From an uncultured Fibrobacterota bacterium (GTDB lineage Bacteria; Fibrobacterota; Chitinivibrionia; Chitinivibrionales; FEN-1185): a stretch of 64,000 nucleotides of DNA. Shown here piece by piece: positions 40,912 through 51,526 of this stretch. The translations under genes were made by a program, and so were the position numbers. The notes under the pieces are model-generated. The model was not told where the DNA came from. It saw only the letters and a program-made list of their open reading frames with translations, and did not search any database. Location of the stretch: the NCBI GenBank assembly GCA_963729895.1, contig CAVSQB010000019.1, positions 1 to 64,000 of the forward strand. Direction: 5' to 3'. Within the stretch, counting starts at the first letter, position 1. Every line of letters starts with the position of its first letter.

Positions 40912-40947
40912 AAAAAAAGCCTCTTTTCAATCAAGAAAAGAGGCTTT
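40912..40947 (-). terminator. Intrinsic terminator after the giant TPR gene
   Basis: AAAGCCTCTTTTC/GAAAAGAGGCTTT stem with a U7 tract. Confidence 0.8.
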
Positions 40948-40972
40948 GCAGACCGATCTCGTTCAACAGGAA

Positions 40973-43900
40973 TCAGTGTTTCTTCCTTGTCCCCGCTTCC
41001 TCCTGAATTTCCTTGTTGTCCGGATCAAGCTTGAGAGCCTTGTCGAGGTGCGCCTGGTAATCGGCCGTATTTTTCTGGACTTTTGCCAGCTTGGCAAGGC
41101 CGAGTTCGGCGAGTGCGTAGTTGGGGTCCGCCTTGAGGGCGCGCTCGTAGAACGTCTTGGCCCAGGGAAGTTTCGACTGCATCAGGTACACTTCGGCGCG
41201 CTCGTACATGGCGGGAGCGTAGTTCGGATTGATGTACGATATTTCCTTGTACGTTTCCACGGCGTCGTCCCATTTACCCTGGATCGACTGTATCTTGCCG
41301 TACAGCATGAGAGCGGGGATGTTTTCCGGATCGGTTGCCGTGATATCCTTGATCGTGCTTTCCGCCGTGGCATACACGCCCGACAAATACAGGGCTTCGG
41401 CATACTTGAGCAACGTCTTGTTGTCCCGTTTCTTCTGGACAATCGCCTGCATGACGTCGAGGGCCTTTTTCGACTGCCCCGTTGATTTGTACAACTCGAA
41501 CAGCGTCATCTTGATGGTCTCGTCGTCCGGTTTGAGTTTGTCGGCTTTCTCGAGCAGGTCGAGCGCGTCTTTTGACCGGTCGGTTTCGATGTAGCCCTGT
41601 GCGAGCGGGACCATGTACGCGGGCTCGTTGGGCTTGAGCGCATTGGCCGTTTCGAGGAACATCATGGCATCGTTGAATTTACGTTTGGCAATAAGGATTG
41701 CACCGATCTTCCCTGCGGCCTCGGCGTTTTCCGGATCGAGTTGTATAAATTTCCTGAACGCGTCAAGTTCCTCTTTGTCTTTGCCCAGCTTCCCATACAC
41801 CTGGCCCATTTCAAACCACATGGCTGGAATGGTGTCGGCAAGCGCGGCGCATTTTTTGAGCAGGCCGAGCGCCTTGTCGAGCGTGGCTTTCTGCTTGGCA
41901 TAGTACAGGCCCGCCGCGAGAAAACTCTTGTAGTCTTTGGGGAACATCACCGTGTTCTCCTCGTACATCCTGGCCGCGGCAGCGGGATTCGTCGCTTCCG
42001 TCAGTTGAGCCTTTCTCAATGACGCCTCGGCGTCTTTTACACCCGTTAACTTGGTGTAACCAGTGTAGATCTCGAGGGCCTTGGCAGCATTGCCGGACTT
42101 GTCGTACGCGTCGCCGAGCAGTTTCATCACGGTAACGATACCGGCGTGCTTCTGGGTGAGCTTTGCGTTGACTTCACGGAACCGTTCGAACAGTTCAATG
42201 GTCTTCTTGTAGTCTTTTGTGTAATAACACGCCTGGCCATACACGTAGATGAAGTCCAGGGACTTGGCGGCTTCGCCCGTTACCATCGAAAGGTACTTGA
42301 CCGCTTCCTCGTAACTCTTTGCGGCGAAAGCGGCCTCTCCCACCGACCGGGCCACGGCAACGTCCTTAGGGTTCTTGTCGAGGTATTTTTTGTACATCGA
42401 CAGTGCCTGCGACGCCTTGTTCTGTTTTGTGTACAGGTCGCCGAGCGCCTTGAAGTCTGCCGTGGCATCGGGGTTCATGGCAGTGGATTGTTCGTAGGAA
42501 ATGACCGCTTCATTCACGTCGCCGCTCTTTGCCTGGCACAATGCCAGCGAGGAAAGCACGGTGACGTTACGCGGGTCAAGCGACAGCGCCTTCTGGTACA
42601 TGGCCACCGCTTTTGGATACAGACCCTGCTTCTGGTAAATTGCGCCCAGCGATGCATACATTGCCGCGTCGGCCTCGCCTGCGGCGACCGCGCCGGCAAG
42701 CGCCTTGCCGATTTCTTCGGGCGTTCCGCGCGACATGACAAGCTCGCAGTAGCGTTTGAAGAACCCTTTTGCGGCAGGGTCGGCCTTGAGCGCGGCGCGA
42801 TAAGCGGCGAGCGCGCCTGCCTGGTCCTTCTGTTCGTACAGCATGTCGCCGAGGTTCTTTTGCGCCCCTGCGTCGCCCGGATTGAGCGCCACGTATTTCT
42901 TGAGGTAGACGGCCGCATCTGCGCTGTTGTTCGCTTTTACGGAAATGTCGTACAGTGTCTTGAACACATCTGGATTGGTTGGGGTGAGAATCGCAAGCTG
43001 CTTGAATATATCCGCGGCCTTTGTGCAATTGGTGCTCTTGTAGCACGCTTGTCCGTAGAGAAGCAGGTAGGCGGCGGTCTTTGCTTCCGCGCCCTGAACC
43101 ATGGCGAGATACTTTACGGCCTCGTCGTAATCCTTTATCTTATATTCGTATTCGCCGACAGACATTGCCGTCTTGTAATCGGCCGGGTTCTTTTCCAGGC
43201 ACTTCTTGTACATGTTCATTGCCTGATCGTTCTTGTTTTGCTTCATGTACAAATCCGCGAGCATCTTATATTCCTTGATGTCCTGCGGATTAAGGGCGAC
43301 CACCTGCTCGTAGGAAATGGTCGCGTCTTTTACATTGCCGCTTTTTGCCTGGCAGAACGCGAGGGACGACAGAGCTTCGGTATTGCGCGGGTCAAGAGCG
43401 AGCGCCTTGGTGTACATTTCGATTGCACGCGGATAGTTGGCCGAGCCTTTGTACACATTGCCGAGTGCGGAATACATCGCGGCGTCTGCCTCGCCCGCGG
43501 CAATGGCGCCCTTGAGCGCCTTGACGATGTTCTCCGGAATTCCCTTGGCCGTCACCAGCTCGACGTACCGTTTGTAGAAGCCCTTGATGGCCGGATCGGC
43601 CTTGATGGCCGCATCGTACGCGGCCAGGGCGCCGTCTGCGTTCTTTTCTTCGTACAAAATGTCGCCGAGGTTTTTTTGCGCCGAAGCATCGGCAGGCTTG
43701 AGGCTCAGGTATTTCTTGAGATATCCCGACGCCTCTTTCTTGTTGCCGCCTTCCTTTGAGGAAATGTCGTACAGCATCCTGAATACTTCGGCGTTGAGCG
43801 GCGTGAGCTTTGCAAGCTGGAGAAGCACTTCCGATGCCTTCTTGAAGTTCTTGGCGTTGTAGCATGCCTGCGAGTACTTGAAGAGAAACTCCGCGCTCTT

Positions 43901-46900
43901 GGTTTCGGCGCCGCCGACCATGCCGTAGTACTTCATTGCTTCATCGAAATCCTTCTGGGAGTTCAGGTAGTCTGCCACCGCCAGAGCCACTTTGTAATTG
44001 GTGGGCCGTTTTTCGAGGTATTTCTTGTACATCGAAATGGCCTGGCTCGCCTTGTTCTGTTGCATGTACAGGTCGCCCAGCGTTTTGAAATCGTCGATCG
44101 CGTCGGGATTCATGGCAACGGACTGCTCATACGATATCACAGCGTCGTTGACATTCCCGTTCTTCGCCTGGCATTGCGCAAGGGCCGAGAGAACGTGAAC
44201 GTTTTTGGGGTCGAGCTGCAGCGACTTCTGGAAGAACTCAATTGCCTTTGCATAGGCGCCCGCCTTCTGGTTGATGACACCGATGGCCTCGTACATCTGC
44301 GCATCGGCTTCGCCGGCGGCAATGGCGCCTTTCATTGCGGCGACCACGTCTTTGGGAATGCCTTTGGTGGAGATGATTTCAACGTAGTGTTTGTAAAAGC
44401 CCTTGATGGCCGGGTCGGCCTTGAGCGCCGCCTGGTAAGCCGCAAGAGCGGCGTCCGGGTTCTTTTGCTCGTAATACAGATCGCCCAGGTTCTTCTGCGC
44501 AACGGCATCGGTGGGCTTGACAGACACATATTTCTTGAGGTAGGCGGCGGCCTCCACCTTTGAGGCGCCGCTTTCAACGGCTATGTCGTACAGGGTCTTG
44601 TACACGTCGGCGTTGAGCGGCGTAATGATCGCCAGCCGGTTAAGCACCTCCGTGGCTTTCTTGTAGTCCTTTGCAAAGTAGCACGCCTGGCCATAGCGGA
44701 ACAGGAACGCGGGGTTGCGGGCCTCCGTGCCGTTTACCATGCCATAGTACTTGAGCGCGTCTTCGTAGTTCTTCTGGTTGAACGAGTAATCGCCCACCGC
44801 CTTGGCAACCGCAAAATCGCCCGGCTTCTTTTCGAGATATTTCTTGTACATCGCCATGGCCTGGTCGGCTTTGTTCTGTTTTGCGTACAATTCGCCGAGG
44901 GACTTGTATTCGTCGATTGCCTTGTCGTTCATGGCAACCGCCTGCTCGTAGGAAATCACCGCGTCGTTGGTATTGCCGCTCTTGGCCTGGCACTGGGCAA
45001 CGGCGGAAAGAATTGCCACATTCTTCGGGTCTATGGTAAGCGCCTTCTGGTACATGTCGATTGCCTTCTGATAGGCGCCCTGGCGTTGGTACACGGCCCC
45101 GAGCGAACTGTACATGGCCGCGTCGGCCTCACCCGCCGCCACCGCGCCCGTAAGCGCCTTCACAAGCTCTTCGGGCGTTCCTTTTGCGCCCACGAGTTCA
45201 ACATAGCGTTTGTAAAATCCTTTGGCCGCGGGATCGGCCGCGAGCGCGGCGCGGTAGGCCGCGAGCGCCCCGAGCTGGTTTTTGCCCTCGTACAGCATGT
45301 CTCCCAGATTCTTCTGCGCCTCCGCATCGCCGGGCTTGAGCGCCGCATATTTCTGCAGATACGAGGCGGACTCGCTTTTCGGACTGCCGTCTTTGGAAGA
45401 AATGTCGTACAGAGTCTTGAAGACGTCGGCGTTCTTCGGCGTGAGTCCCGCGAGCTTGACAAAGAGCTCTTTGGCCTTCTTGAGGTCTTTTGCCGAATAA
45501 CACGCGGTACCGTAGCGGAACAACAGGTCGGTGTCCATTGTCTCGGGGGTGACGACCATGGCGAAGTACTTGATGGCCTCGTCGTAGTCTTTCTGGGAAT
45601 ATTCGTAGTCGGCGATGACTTTTGCGATGGGCCGGTTCCCCGGTTTCTTTGCCAGGTACTTTTTGTAAACGTTGACGGCCTGGCTCGTTTTCTTCTGCTG
45701 CATATACAGGTCGCCGAGCGCCCGGTATTCATCCACGGCCTTGTCGTTCATGGCAACAGCCTGTTCGTAGGAGATCACGGCTTCGTTCACGTTGCCGCTT
45801 TTGGCCTGGCACTGCGCAATGGAAGAGAGCACCGCGACGTTTTTCGGGTCGATGGCAAGCGCCTTCTGGTACATGTCGATCGCCTTCTGGCACAATCCCT
45901 GGCGTTGGTACACATTACCGAGCGAGCTGTACATCGCCGCATCGGCTTCCCCGGCGGCAATGGCGCCCGTGAGCGCCTTCACGAGTTCTTCGGGGGTTCC
46001 TTTTGCGCCCACAAGCTCAACGTAGCGTTTGTAAAATCCCTTGAGCGACGGGTCGGCCGCGAGCGCGGAGCGATATGCCGCGAGCGCGCCGGCGTAGCTC
46101 TTCATCTCGTACATCATGTCGCCGAGATCTTTTTGCGCCTCCGCGTCGCCCGGTTTGAGGGCCGCGTATTTCTGAAGGTACCCGGAAGCCTCGCCCCTGG
46201 TGGCGCTGTCCTTGGAGGTTATGTCGAACAGGAGCCTGTATACCTCTGCGTTCTTGGGGGTAAGCGCCGCAACCTGGCCAAGGAGTTCCTTGGCCTTCTT
46301 GGTATCCTTCACAAAGTAGGCAGCCTGGCCGTAGCGGAACAGGAGCTCCGCATCTTTGGCCTCGGCACCGCCCACCAAGGCGTAGTACTTGAGGGCTTCG
46401 TCATAGTTCTTCTGGCCGAATTCGTAATCGGCGACAAGCCTGGCTATGCGGTGTTCTCCCGGTTTTTTGGCAAGATATCGTTTGTAAACTCCGACGGCCT
46501 GGGCGGTCTTGTTCTGTTGCTGGTAGAGGTCGCCGAGAGCGCGCAACTCCTCGACGGCTTTGTCGTTCATGGCAATGACCTGTTCGTAGGACACGATGGC
46601 TTCCTTGGCGTTGCCGGTCTTTGCCTGGCAATGCGCAAGCATCGAAAGCACCGTGGTATTTCTCGGATCGAGCTGCACCGATTTTTCAAGCATTTCGATC
46701 GCCTTGGGACACAGGCCCTGTTTCTGGTAGATCAGTCCGAGCTGGGCGTAGGTCTGGGCATCCGCCTCCCCGGTGGTAATGGCGCCGCCGAGAGCGGCAA
46801 TGACCTCCGTCTGATCTGCGGCCGGTCCCAGAAGCTCTGCATAGCGTTTGTATACCCCTTTGGCGGCCGGGTCGATCTTGATAACCGCGCGATAGGCGGC

Positions 46901-48769
46901 AAGCGCGCCCGCCATGTCTTTTCTTTCGTACAGCAGGTCACCCAGCGCCTTCTGCGCTTCCGGGATGTTCGGTTTGAGGGCCACGAAGGACTTGAGGTAC
47001 GCCGCGGCATCGGCGGTGTTCCCCGACTTGAGGGAGATTTCGTAAAGATTCTTGAATACTTCGGCATCTTTGGGCGACAAAACGGAAAGTTCCTTGAACT
47101 GTTCGAGCGCGGCCTTGGCATCGCCCTGGGAAAGCGCATACCGGGCGAGGCGCTGGCGCGAGGGAATGTTGCGCGGATCGAGCGAGAGGATCTTCCTGTC
47201 GATCTCGGCAAGCCGTTGGGGCTCGTTGAGCTGATCGTAGCATGCGGCAAGCTGCAGCCAATACTCCTTATTGTTCGGCTGTTTGCGCACCATGAATTCA
47301 AACTGGTCCTTGGCTTCCTTGTAGTTCTTGTCCTTCATGTAAATAGTGGACAGCACGACCCGCGGCTCCCACAAGGTGGCGTCGAGGTGCAGGGCGGATT
47401 CGGCGGCGTCGCGCGCCATGTCGGTTTCGTTGAGGGCAAACGCGGATATGGCCATGCCCTGCGCCGCAAGCGCCGAGCGTTCGAGCGTGTAGCTTTTCTG
47501 AAAGTATTTGAGCGCGTCCTGGAATTTCTTGAATTTCAGATTGAAGTCGCCCAGCGCCATCTGGATCTTGGGGTTGTTGGGATTGAGCGCGAGCATCTTT
47601 TCGTACACTACCTTGGCCTTTTCGGATTGGCCCGACTTCGTGTACAAATCGCCGAGCCTGGCGTAAGCTTCCACGTTTGTGCCGTTGACGACAAGCTCTC
47701 TCTCCAAATGGAACATGGCCTTCTTGGGCACATCGAGACCTTCATAGCACAAGGCAAGGGAGAAATTGATATCCGGCACTATCTTGCCCATGGAATCGGC
47801 CGCGTAGATCGCTTCAAAATGTCCGATAGCGGCCTGGTAGTTCTTCTTCTCGAGTTCGAACATACCCACCACCCGGTGAGCTTCGAGGGCTTCTTTTGCC
47901 CGTGAGGTTCCCACTTTATCAAGAAAGGACTGGTACGCTTTGGCGATTTTGTCGGCAGCGGCGTTGGACTTTGAGAGCGAGACCGCCCACATGTAACTTT
48001 CCTGAGCGCCAAACTGGCTCCGTGCGGAGGCGGCTTCGAACTCTTCCGCGGCCTCGGCGTACTTCTGGCCGGTGTAGTAGATTTTTGCGAGTTCGTAGCT
48101 TGCCTCAACCGAGGTCGGCTTCTTGTCTTTTGCGAGCTTGAGCCATACGATGGCCGAATCGGGCGGGCTTGCCTGGCCTATCTTGAGCGCCAAGGCGCCA
48201 TCGGGCTGTTTGGCATAGACCTCCTTGAGCAATTCGACTGCCCTGGGATAGTTCTTTTCGTTGTAATAAATGAGTCCGAGCTCCCTGACGGCGGTGGTAT
48301 TGGCCGGGTCGGCCTCGACGACCTTCTCGAGCGCTTTCTTGGCCTCCGCAGGTTTGCCGAGTGCGATGCAGGCGCGAGCGAATTCCCAGCTTGCTTCGGG
48401 TGTGAAGTTGACCTCCAGCGCTTTCTTCGCGGCAGGCGCGGCGTTTGCCGGCTGATTGAGGGAATTGTACACCTTGGCCGTACCGAGGAGCGCCTCGTAG
48501 TTCTTTGCGTCCATGCGCGTGGCCACAAGATAGCAGGCGAGCGCCTTTTCGGTGAGCCCGAGTTCGAGGTTGGCTTTGCCGATCTTCACCCAGATCACCG
48601 CATCGCGCGCCGTGGTGGGAATCTTCTTGTCCGCATAGCTCAACGCATCGGCGTAGCTCTTTTGCTCCATGAGCTTGTCAAATGTCTCGTCGGAAAACGC
48701 AAGAGATACGGCAAGGAAGAGCATCAATGATGAAACAACACAGCGTACGTGCAGGCCACTCCTACTCAT
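40973..48769 (-). CDS. Giant exported tetratricopeptide-repeat protein (2598 aa)
   Basis: Signal peptide followed by continuous TPR-like motifs; RBS AAGGAG; internal 273-aa super-repeats. Confidence 0.95.
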   Translation of the reverse strand: MSRSGLHVRCVVSSLMLFLAVSLAFSDETFDKLMEQKSYADALSYADKKIPTTARDAVIWVKIGKANLELGLTEKALACYLVATRMDAKNYEALLGTAKVYNSLNQPANAAPAAKKALEVNFTPEASWEFARACIALGKPAEAKKALEKVVEADPANTTAVRELGLIYYNEKNYPRAVELLKEVYAKQPDGALALKIGQASPPDSAIVWLKLAKDKKPTSVEASYELAKIYYTGQKYAEAAEEFEAASARSQFGAQESYMWAVSLSKSNAAADKIAKAYQSFLDKVGTSRAKEALEAHRVVGMFELEKKNYQAAIGHFEAIYAADSMGKIVPDINFSLALCYEGLDVPKKAMFHLERELVVNGTNVEAYARLGDLYTKSGQSEKAKVVYEKMLALNPNNPKIQMALGDFNLKFKKFQDALKYFQKSYTLERSALAAQGMAISAFALNETDMARDAAESALHLDATLWEPRVVLSTIYMKDKNYKEAKDQFEFMVRKQPNNKEYWLQLAACYDQLNEPQRLAEIDRKILSLDPRNIPSRQRLARYALSQGDAKAALEQFKELSVLSPKDAEVFKNLYEISLKSGNTADAAAYLKSFVALKPNIPEAQKALGDLLYERKDMAGALAAYRAVIKIDPAAKGVYKRYAELLGPAADQTEVIAALGGAITTGEADAQTYAQLGLIYQKQGLCPKAIEMLEKSVQLDPRNTTVLSMLAHCQAKTGNAKEAIVSYEQVIAMNDKAVEELRALGDLYQQQNKTAQAVGVYKRYLAKKPGEHRIARLVADYEFGQKNYDEALKYYALVGGAEAKDAELLFRYGQAAYFVKDTKKAKELLGQVAALTPKNAEVYRLLFDITSKDSATRGEASGYLQKYAALKPGDAEAQKDLGDMMYEMKSYAGALAAYRSALAADPSLKGFYKRYVELVGAKGTPEELVKALTGAIAAGEADAAMYSSLGNVYQRQGLCQKAIDMYQKALAIDPKNVAVLSSIAQCQAKSGNVNEAVISYEQAVAMNDKAVDEYRALGDLYMQQKKTSQAVNVYKKYLAKKPGNRPIAKVIADYEYSQKDYDEAIKYFAMVVTPETMDTDLLFRYGTACYSAKDLKKAKELFVKLAGLTPKNADVFKTLYDISSKDGSPKSESASYLQKYAALKPGDAEAQKNLGDMLYEGKNQLGALAAYRAALAADPAAKGFYKRYVELVGAKGTPEELVKALTGAVAAGEADAAMYSSLGAVYQRQGAYQKAIDMYQKALTIDPKNVAILSAVAQCQAKSGNTNDAVISYEQAVAMNDKAIDEYKSLGELYAKQNKADQAMAMYKKYLEKKPGDFAVAKAVGDYSFNQKNYEDALKYYGMVNGTEARNPAFLFRYGQACYFAKDYKKATEVLNRLAIITPLNADVYKTLYDIAVESGASKVEAAAYLKKYVSVKPTDAVAQKNLGDLYYEQKNPDAALAAYQAALKADPAIKGFYKHYVEIISTKGIPKDVVAAMKGAIAAGEADAQMYEAIGVINQKAGAYAKAIEFFQKSLQLDPKNVHVLSALAQCQAKNGNVNDAVISYEQSVAMNPDAIDDFKTLGDLYMQQNKASQAISMYKKYLEKRPTNYKVALAVADYLNSQKDFDEAMKYYGMVGGAETKSAEFLFKYSQACYNAKNFKKASEVLLQLAKLTPLNAEVFRMLYDISSKEGGNKKEASGYLKKYLSLKPADASAQKNLGDILYEEKNADGALAAYDAAIKADPAIKGFYKRYVELVTAKGIPENIVKALKGAIAAGEADAAMYSALGNVYKGSANYPRAIEMYTKALALDPRNTEALSSLAFCQAKSGNVKDATISYEQVVALNPQDIKEYKMLADLYMKQNKNDQAMNMYKKCLEKNPADYKTAMSVGEYEYKIKDYDEAVKYLAMVQGAEAKTAAYLLLYGQACYKSTNCTKAADIFKQLAILTPTNPDVFKTLYDISVKANNSADAAVYLKKYVALNPGDAGAQKNLGDMLYEQKDQAGALAAYRAALKADPAAKGFFKRYCELVMSRGTPEEIGKALAGAVAAGEADAAMYASLGAIYQKQGLYPKAVAMYQKALSLDPRNVTVLSSLALCQAKSGDVNEAVISYEQSTAMNPDATADFKALGDLYTKQNKASQALSMYKKYLDKNPKDVAVARSVGEAAFAAKSYEEAVKYLSMVTGEAAKSLDFIYVYGQACYYTKDYKKTIELFERFREVNAKLTQKHAGIVTVMKLLGDAYDKSGNAAKALEIYTGYTKLTGVKDAEASLRKAQLTEATNPAAAARMYEENTVMFPKDYKSFLAAGLYYAKQKATLDKALGLLKKCAALADTIPAMWFEMGQVYGKLGKDKEELDAFRKFIQLDPENAEAAGKIGAILIAKRKFNDAMMFLETANALKPNEPAYMVPLAQGYIETDRSKDALDLLEKADKLKPDDETIKMTLFELYKSTGQSKKALDVMQAIVQKKRDNKTLLKYAEALYLSGVYATAESTIKDITATDPENIPALMLYGKIQSIQGKWDDAVETYKEISYINPNYAPAMYERAEVYLMQSKLPWAKTFYERALKADPNYALAELGLAKLAKVQKNTADYQAHLDKALKLDPDNKEIQEEAGTRKKH

Positions 48770-49019
48770 AGCAAGGACTCCTTCCGGGTGTATATTGAAA
48801 TTGTCTGGTTTTCACGTTTGAACAAAAAGGGCTTGGAAAGTAAAAATATATATAATAGAAGTATACCAAAACAGTTCTATTGATGTCAAATGTTTGATCG
48901 GTTCTTGTGCACGATGGAATTATCCCGGGCGACTCTCCCGCTGCAACGGCCCTTGTTCACTCTGCATGTACGACGCCCCGCGGCAGCCGCGAGAGGCGAC
49001 GTGCCGCCACGCACCGCGA

Positions 49020-50105
49020 TCACTTCTTATAAAGAAGGTCCCTTGCATCGCGGATGATGTCGTGCAGGGGAAGCCGGTTGGGGCAGCGGGCGGAACAGGT
49101 GCCGCACAGAAGGCAGCGGTCGAGGCGAAGGCTGTCGTCCCATTGTTTATCGCGGAATGCTCTTTTGGCATGCGGGATCTTCATGTATTTGTAAATATTA
49201 TAATGCGACAGGCACGCGCCCAGGTTGATGTTTTGGGGACAAGGCTGGCAATACCCGCATGAGGTGCAGCGCGGTTCGCGTGCGTTTACGAGGCGGTCGA
49301 CCCCGGCAAGGATTTCGTCCGCAGATTTCTTGTACAGGGGGGCCGTGTCGAGCATGCGCGCGGCGTAGGCGACCTCATGAACAGAAGAGAAACCGACGAG
49401 CAGGTGCACGTTGGGAAGCGCCAGAAGGTAGCGGAACGCGAGTTCCTTAAGCCGGGCGTCCGCCGCGCAGAACCCGCCCGACAAAGGGTTCATGGCGATC
49501 ACCGGGATGCCCTTGCGGGCGCAATACTCAACAACCCTGAGCCGCGTGAGGTTTATCACGGACAACGGCATGGTAACGGTTTCGAAGCGTCCCGATTCGA
49601 GAAAGGCGATGATGGTGTCGGCATCCGCATGCGTTGTTACGCCGAGGTGCGAAAACACGCCTTTCCGTTTTTGCTCGGTTACGCCGTCGTGCCAGCCGCC
49701 CGGCTGCATGGCGGCGTTGAACTGCTCCATGGTGTGCGTGGTCCAGAGGTGGTAATAGTCAATTGATGCCAGCCCGAGCCTCTTGAGCGACTGCTCCAGC
49801 ACCTGCGAAACCTGCGCTCGCGTGCGGACACCAAAGCCCTTCTCGGGTGTAAACGGTCCAAGGCCCGTGCCGCCGTCTCCCGGCGAGCATTTTGTGGACA
49901 CCATCACGCGGCCGCGGTATTCGGGCGGCGACACGGCTTCTCCCACCCATGCCTCGGAATTCTCGGTTTCGCTCTTGTAACAATAGGCGGGAGAGGTATC
50001 GATGTAGTTGAACCCGCAATCGATCCCTTTGCGGATGATGGCCACCGCGCTTGTGCGGTCGCGGAAGCGCATGGCGCCGATGAGGATTTTGGACAAAGGC
50101 ATCAT
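49020..50105 (-). CDS. Aldo/keto reductase with a C-terminal 4Fe-4S dicluster domain
   Basis: GAMR, NYIDTSPAY, SLKRLG, AMNPLSGG, CTSCGYCQPCP, CLLCGTCSARCP. Confidence 0.9.
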   Translation of the reverse strand: MMPLSKILIGAMRFRDRTSAVAIIRKGIDCGFNYIDTSPAYCYKSETENSEAWVGEAVSPPEYRGRVMVSTKCSPGDGGTGLGPFTPEKGFGVRTRAQVSQVLEQSLKRLGLASIDYYHLWTTHTMEQFNAAMQPGGWHDGVTEQKRKGVFSHLGVTTHADADTIIAFLESGRFETVTMPLSVINLTRLRVVEYCARKGIPVIAMNPLSGGFCAADARLKELAFRYLLALPNVHLLVGFSSVHEVAYAARMLDTAPLYKKSADEILAGVDRLVNAREPRCTSCGYCQPCPQNINLGACLSHYNIYKYMKIPHAKRAFRDKQWDDSLRLDRCLLCGTCSARCPNRLPLHDIIRDARDLLYKK

Positions 50106-50668
50106 GGTGCGCCGTTGAATTTTGTCGGCCCTTCCTCATACAGGTTTCTTCCCCTGCTGTCAATCGCCACAATCACGGGAAAGTTCTCGACCACAAACCT
50201 GAACACCGCCTCCGGTCCGAGGTCCTTGTAGCACACCATCCGCGAACTCCTGACGCATGAACCGAGCAGCGCGCCCAAACCTCCGCCGGCTGCGAAATAC
50301 ACGGCTTTGTGCCGTATCATCGCGTCAAGAACGGCGGGGCTCCTGTTGCCCTTGCCGATCATCGCGCCCAGCCCGGTTTTCGCAAGGAGCAGCGGCGTGT
50401 ACGCGTCCATGCGTGAACTTGTGGTAGGCCCCGCGCTCAAGTTCCCTGTTTTCGGGTTCGCCGGAGTCGGGCCGGTGTAATAGAGGATCTGTCCGCGCAG
50501 GTCGAGCGGCAGCTTCCTGTTCTCCTCCAGCAGGGCGGCGAACCGCTTGTGGGCTGCGTCGCGTGCGGTGTAGACGGCTCCGGTTATGAGCACTTCGTCG
50601 CCGGCGGCAAGCGACCGCACGACGTTGGGGCCGAGCGGGGGAGTAATGACTCTGATCTGCTTTTTCAC
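50102..50668 (-). CDS. Class I fumarate hydratase beta subunit
   Basis: TARDAAHKR, YTGP, GPTTSSRM, IGKG, DLGPEA. Confidence 0.92.
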   Translation of the reverse strand: MKKQIRVITPPLGPNVVRSLAAGDEVLITGAVYTARDAAHKRFAALLEENRKLPLDLRGQILYYTGPTPANPKTGNLSAGPTTSSRMDAYTPLLLAKTGLGAMIGKGNRSPAVLDAMIRHKAVYFAAGGGLGALLGSCVRSSRMVCYKDLGPEAVFRFVVENFPVIVAIDSRGRNLYEEGPTKFNGAP

Positions 50669-51510
50669 AGGACCACCGTTGCGTGGCGCGCCGCATGGCA
50701 GGAAAGTGAAACCGCCACCGGAAGCGTAGCGATATGACAGGGAAACGTCTCGATGTGCACGTCAAGCGCGGTGACGGTCCCGCCCAGCCCGCCCGGTCCG
50801 ATACCCGACAGGTTTATTTTTGAAAGTATCTTCCGTTCGAGCGCGGCAAACCGTTTGTGCGGATGCCGTGTTCCCAGCGGCCGCACAAGCGCCTTCTTTG
50901 AAAGCAGCACGGCGGTCTCTGCCGCGCCGCCGATGCCGATCCCCACGATCACGGGCGGGCAGGGGTTGCCGCCCGCTTTCGTCACAGCGGAAAGCGCGGC
51001 GTCAAGCACACCGGCCTCGCCGTCGCCCGGCTTCAACATGAAAAGGCGGCTCATGTTCTCCGACCCGCCTCCTTTTGGAGCAAGCGTTATGGAAAGCTTT
51101 TTGCCTTTCACACAGGAAAGGTGGATCACGGCAGGCGTGTTGGTGAAGGTATTCCTCCGGTGATACACGGGATCGGAAACCATTGACGGGCGCAGGAAGC
51201 CTTCCGCGTAGCCCAGCCGCGTCCCTTCGTTTATTGCGTCGGTCAATGTGCCGTCGGCAACGTGCACGTCCGAGCCGATGTCCGCAAAGAACACGGCAAT
51301 GCCCGTGTCCTGGCACAGGGGCACGCACCGGCTGCGCGCGACGCGGGCGTTTTCCGCGATGCGAGAGAGCATCCGTCTGCCGCGTGCCGAAACTTCCGTG
51401 CGTTGCGCCCGCGCAATCGCCGCGGACACGTCGCCGGGAAGATCGAACGCGGCTTTGAGGCACAGGGTGCGCACGCTGTCGACAATACGTTTGTATGGAA
51501 TTGTTCTCAC
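50665..51510 (-). CDS. Class I fumarate hydratase alpha subunit
   Basis: PLCQDTG, LRPSMV, PKGGGSEN, GNPCPP, CHIATLPVAV, CHAARH; GTG start at 51510. Confidence 0.92.
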   Translation of the reverse strand: MRTIPYKRIVDSVRTLCLKAAFDLPGDVSAAIARAQRTEVSARGRRMLSRIAENARVARSRCVPLCQDTGIAVFFADIGSDVHVADGTLTDAINEGTRLGYAEGFLRPSMVSDPVYHRRNTFTNTPAVIHLSCVKGKKLSITLAPKGGGSENMSRLFMLKPGDGEAGVLDAALSAVTKAGGNPCPPVIVGIGIGGAAETAVLLSKKALVRPLGTRHPHKRFAALERKILSKINLSGIGPGGLGGTVTALDVHIETFPCHIATLPVAVSLSCHAARHATVVL

Positions 51511-51526
51511 GGGGGCGTCCTCGTGT

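Noticed and set aside
45086..47905. 939-aa plus-strand ORF (and the 537-aa ORF at 42146-43759)
   Set aside because: Antisense shadows of the TPR gene.
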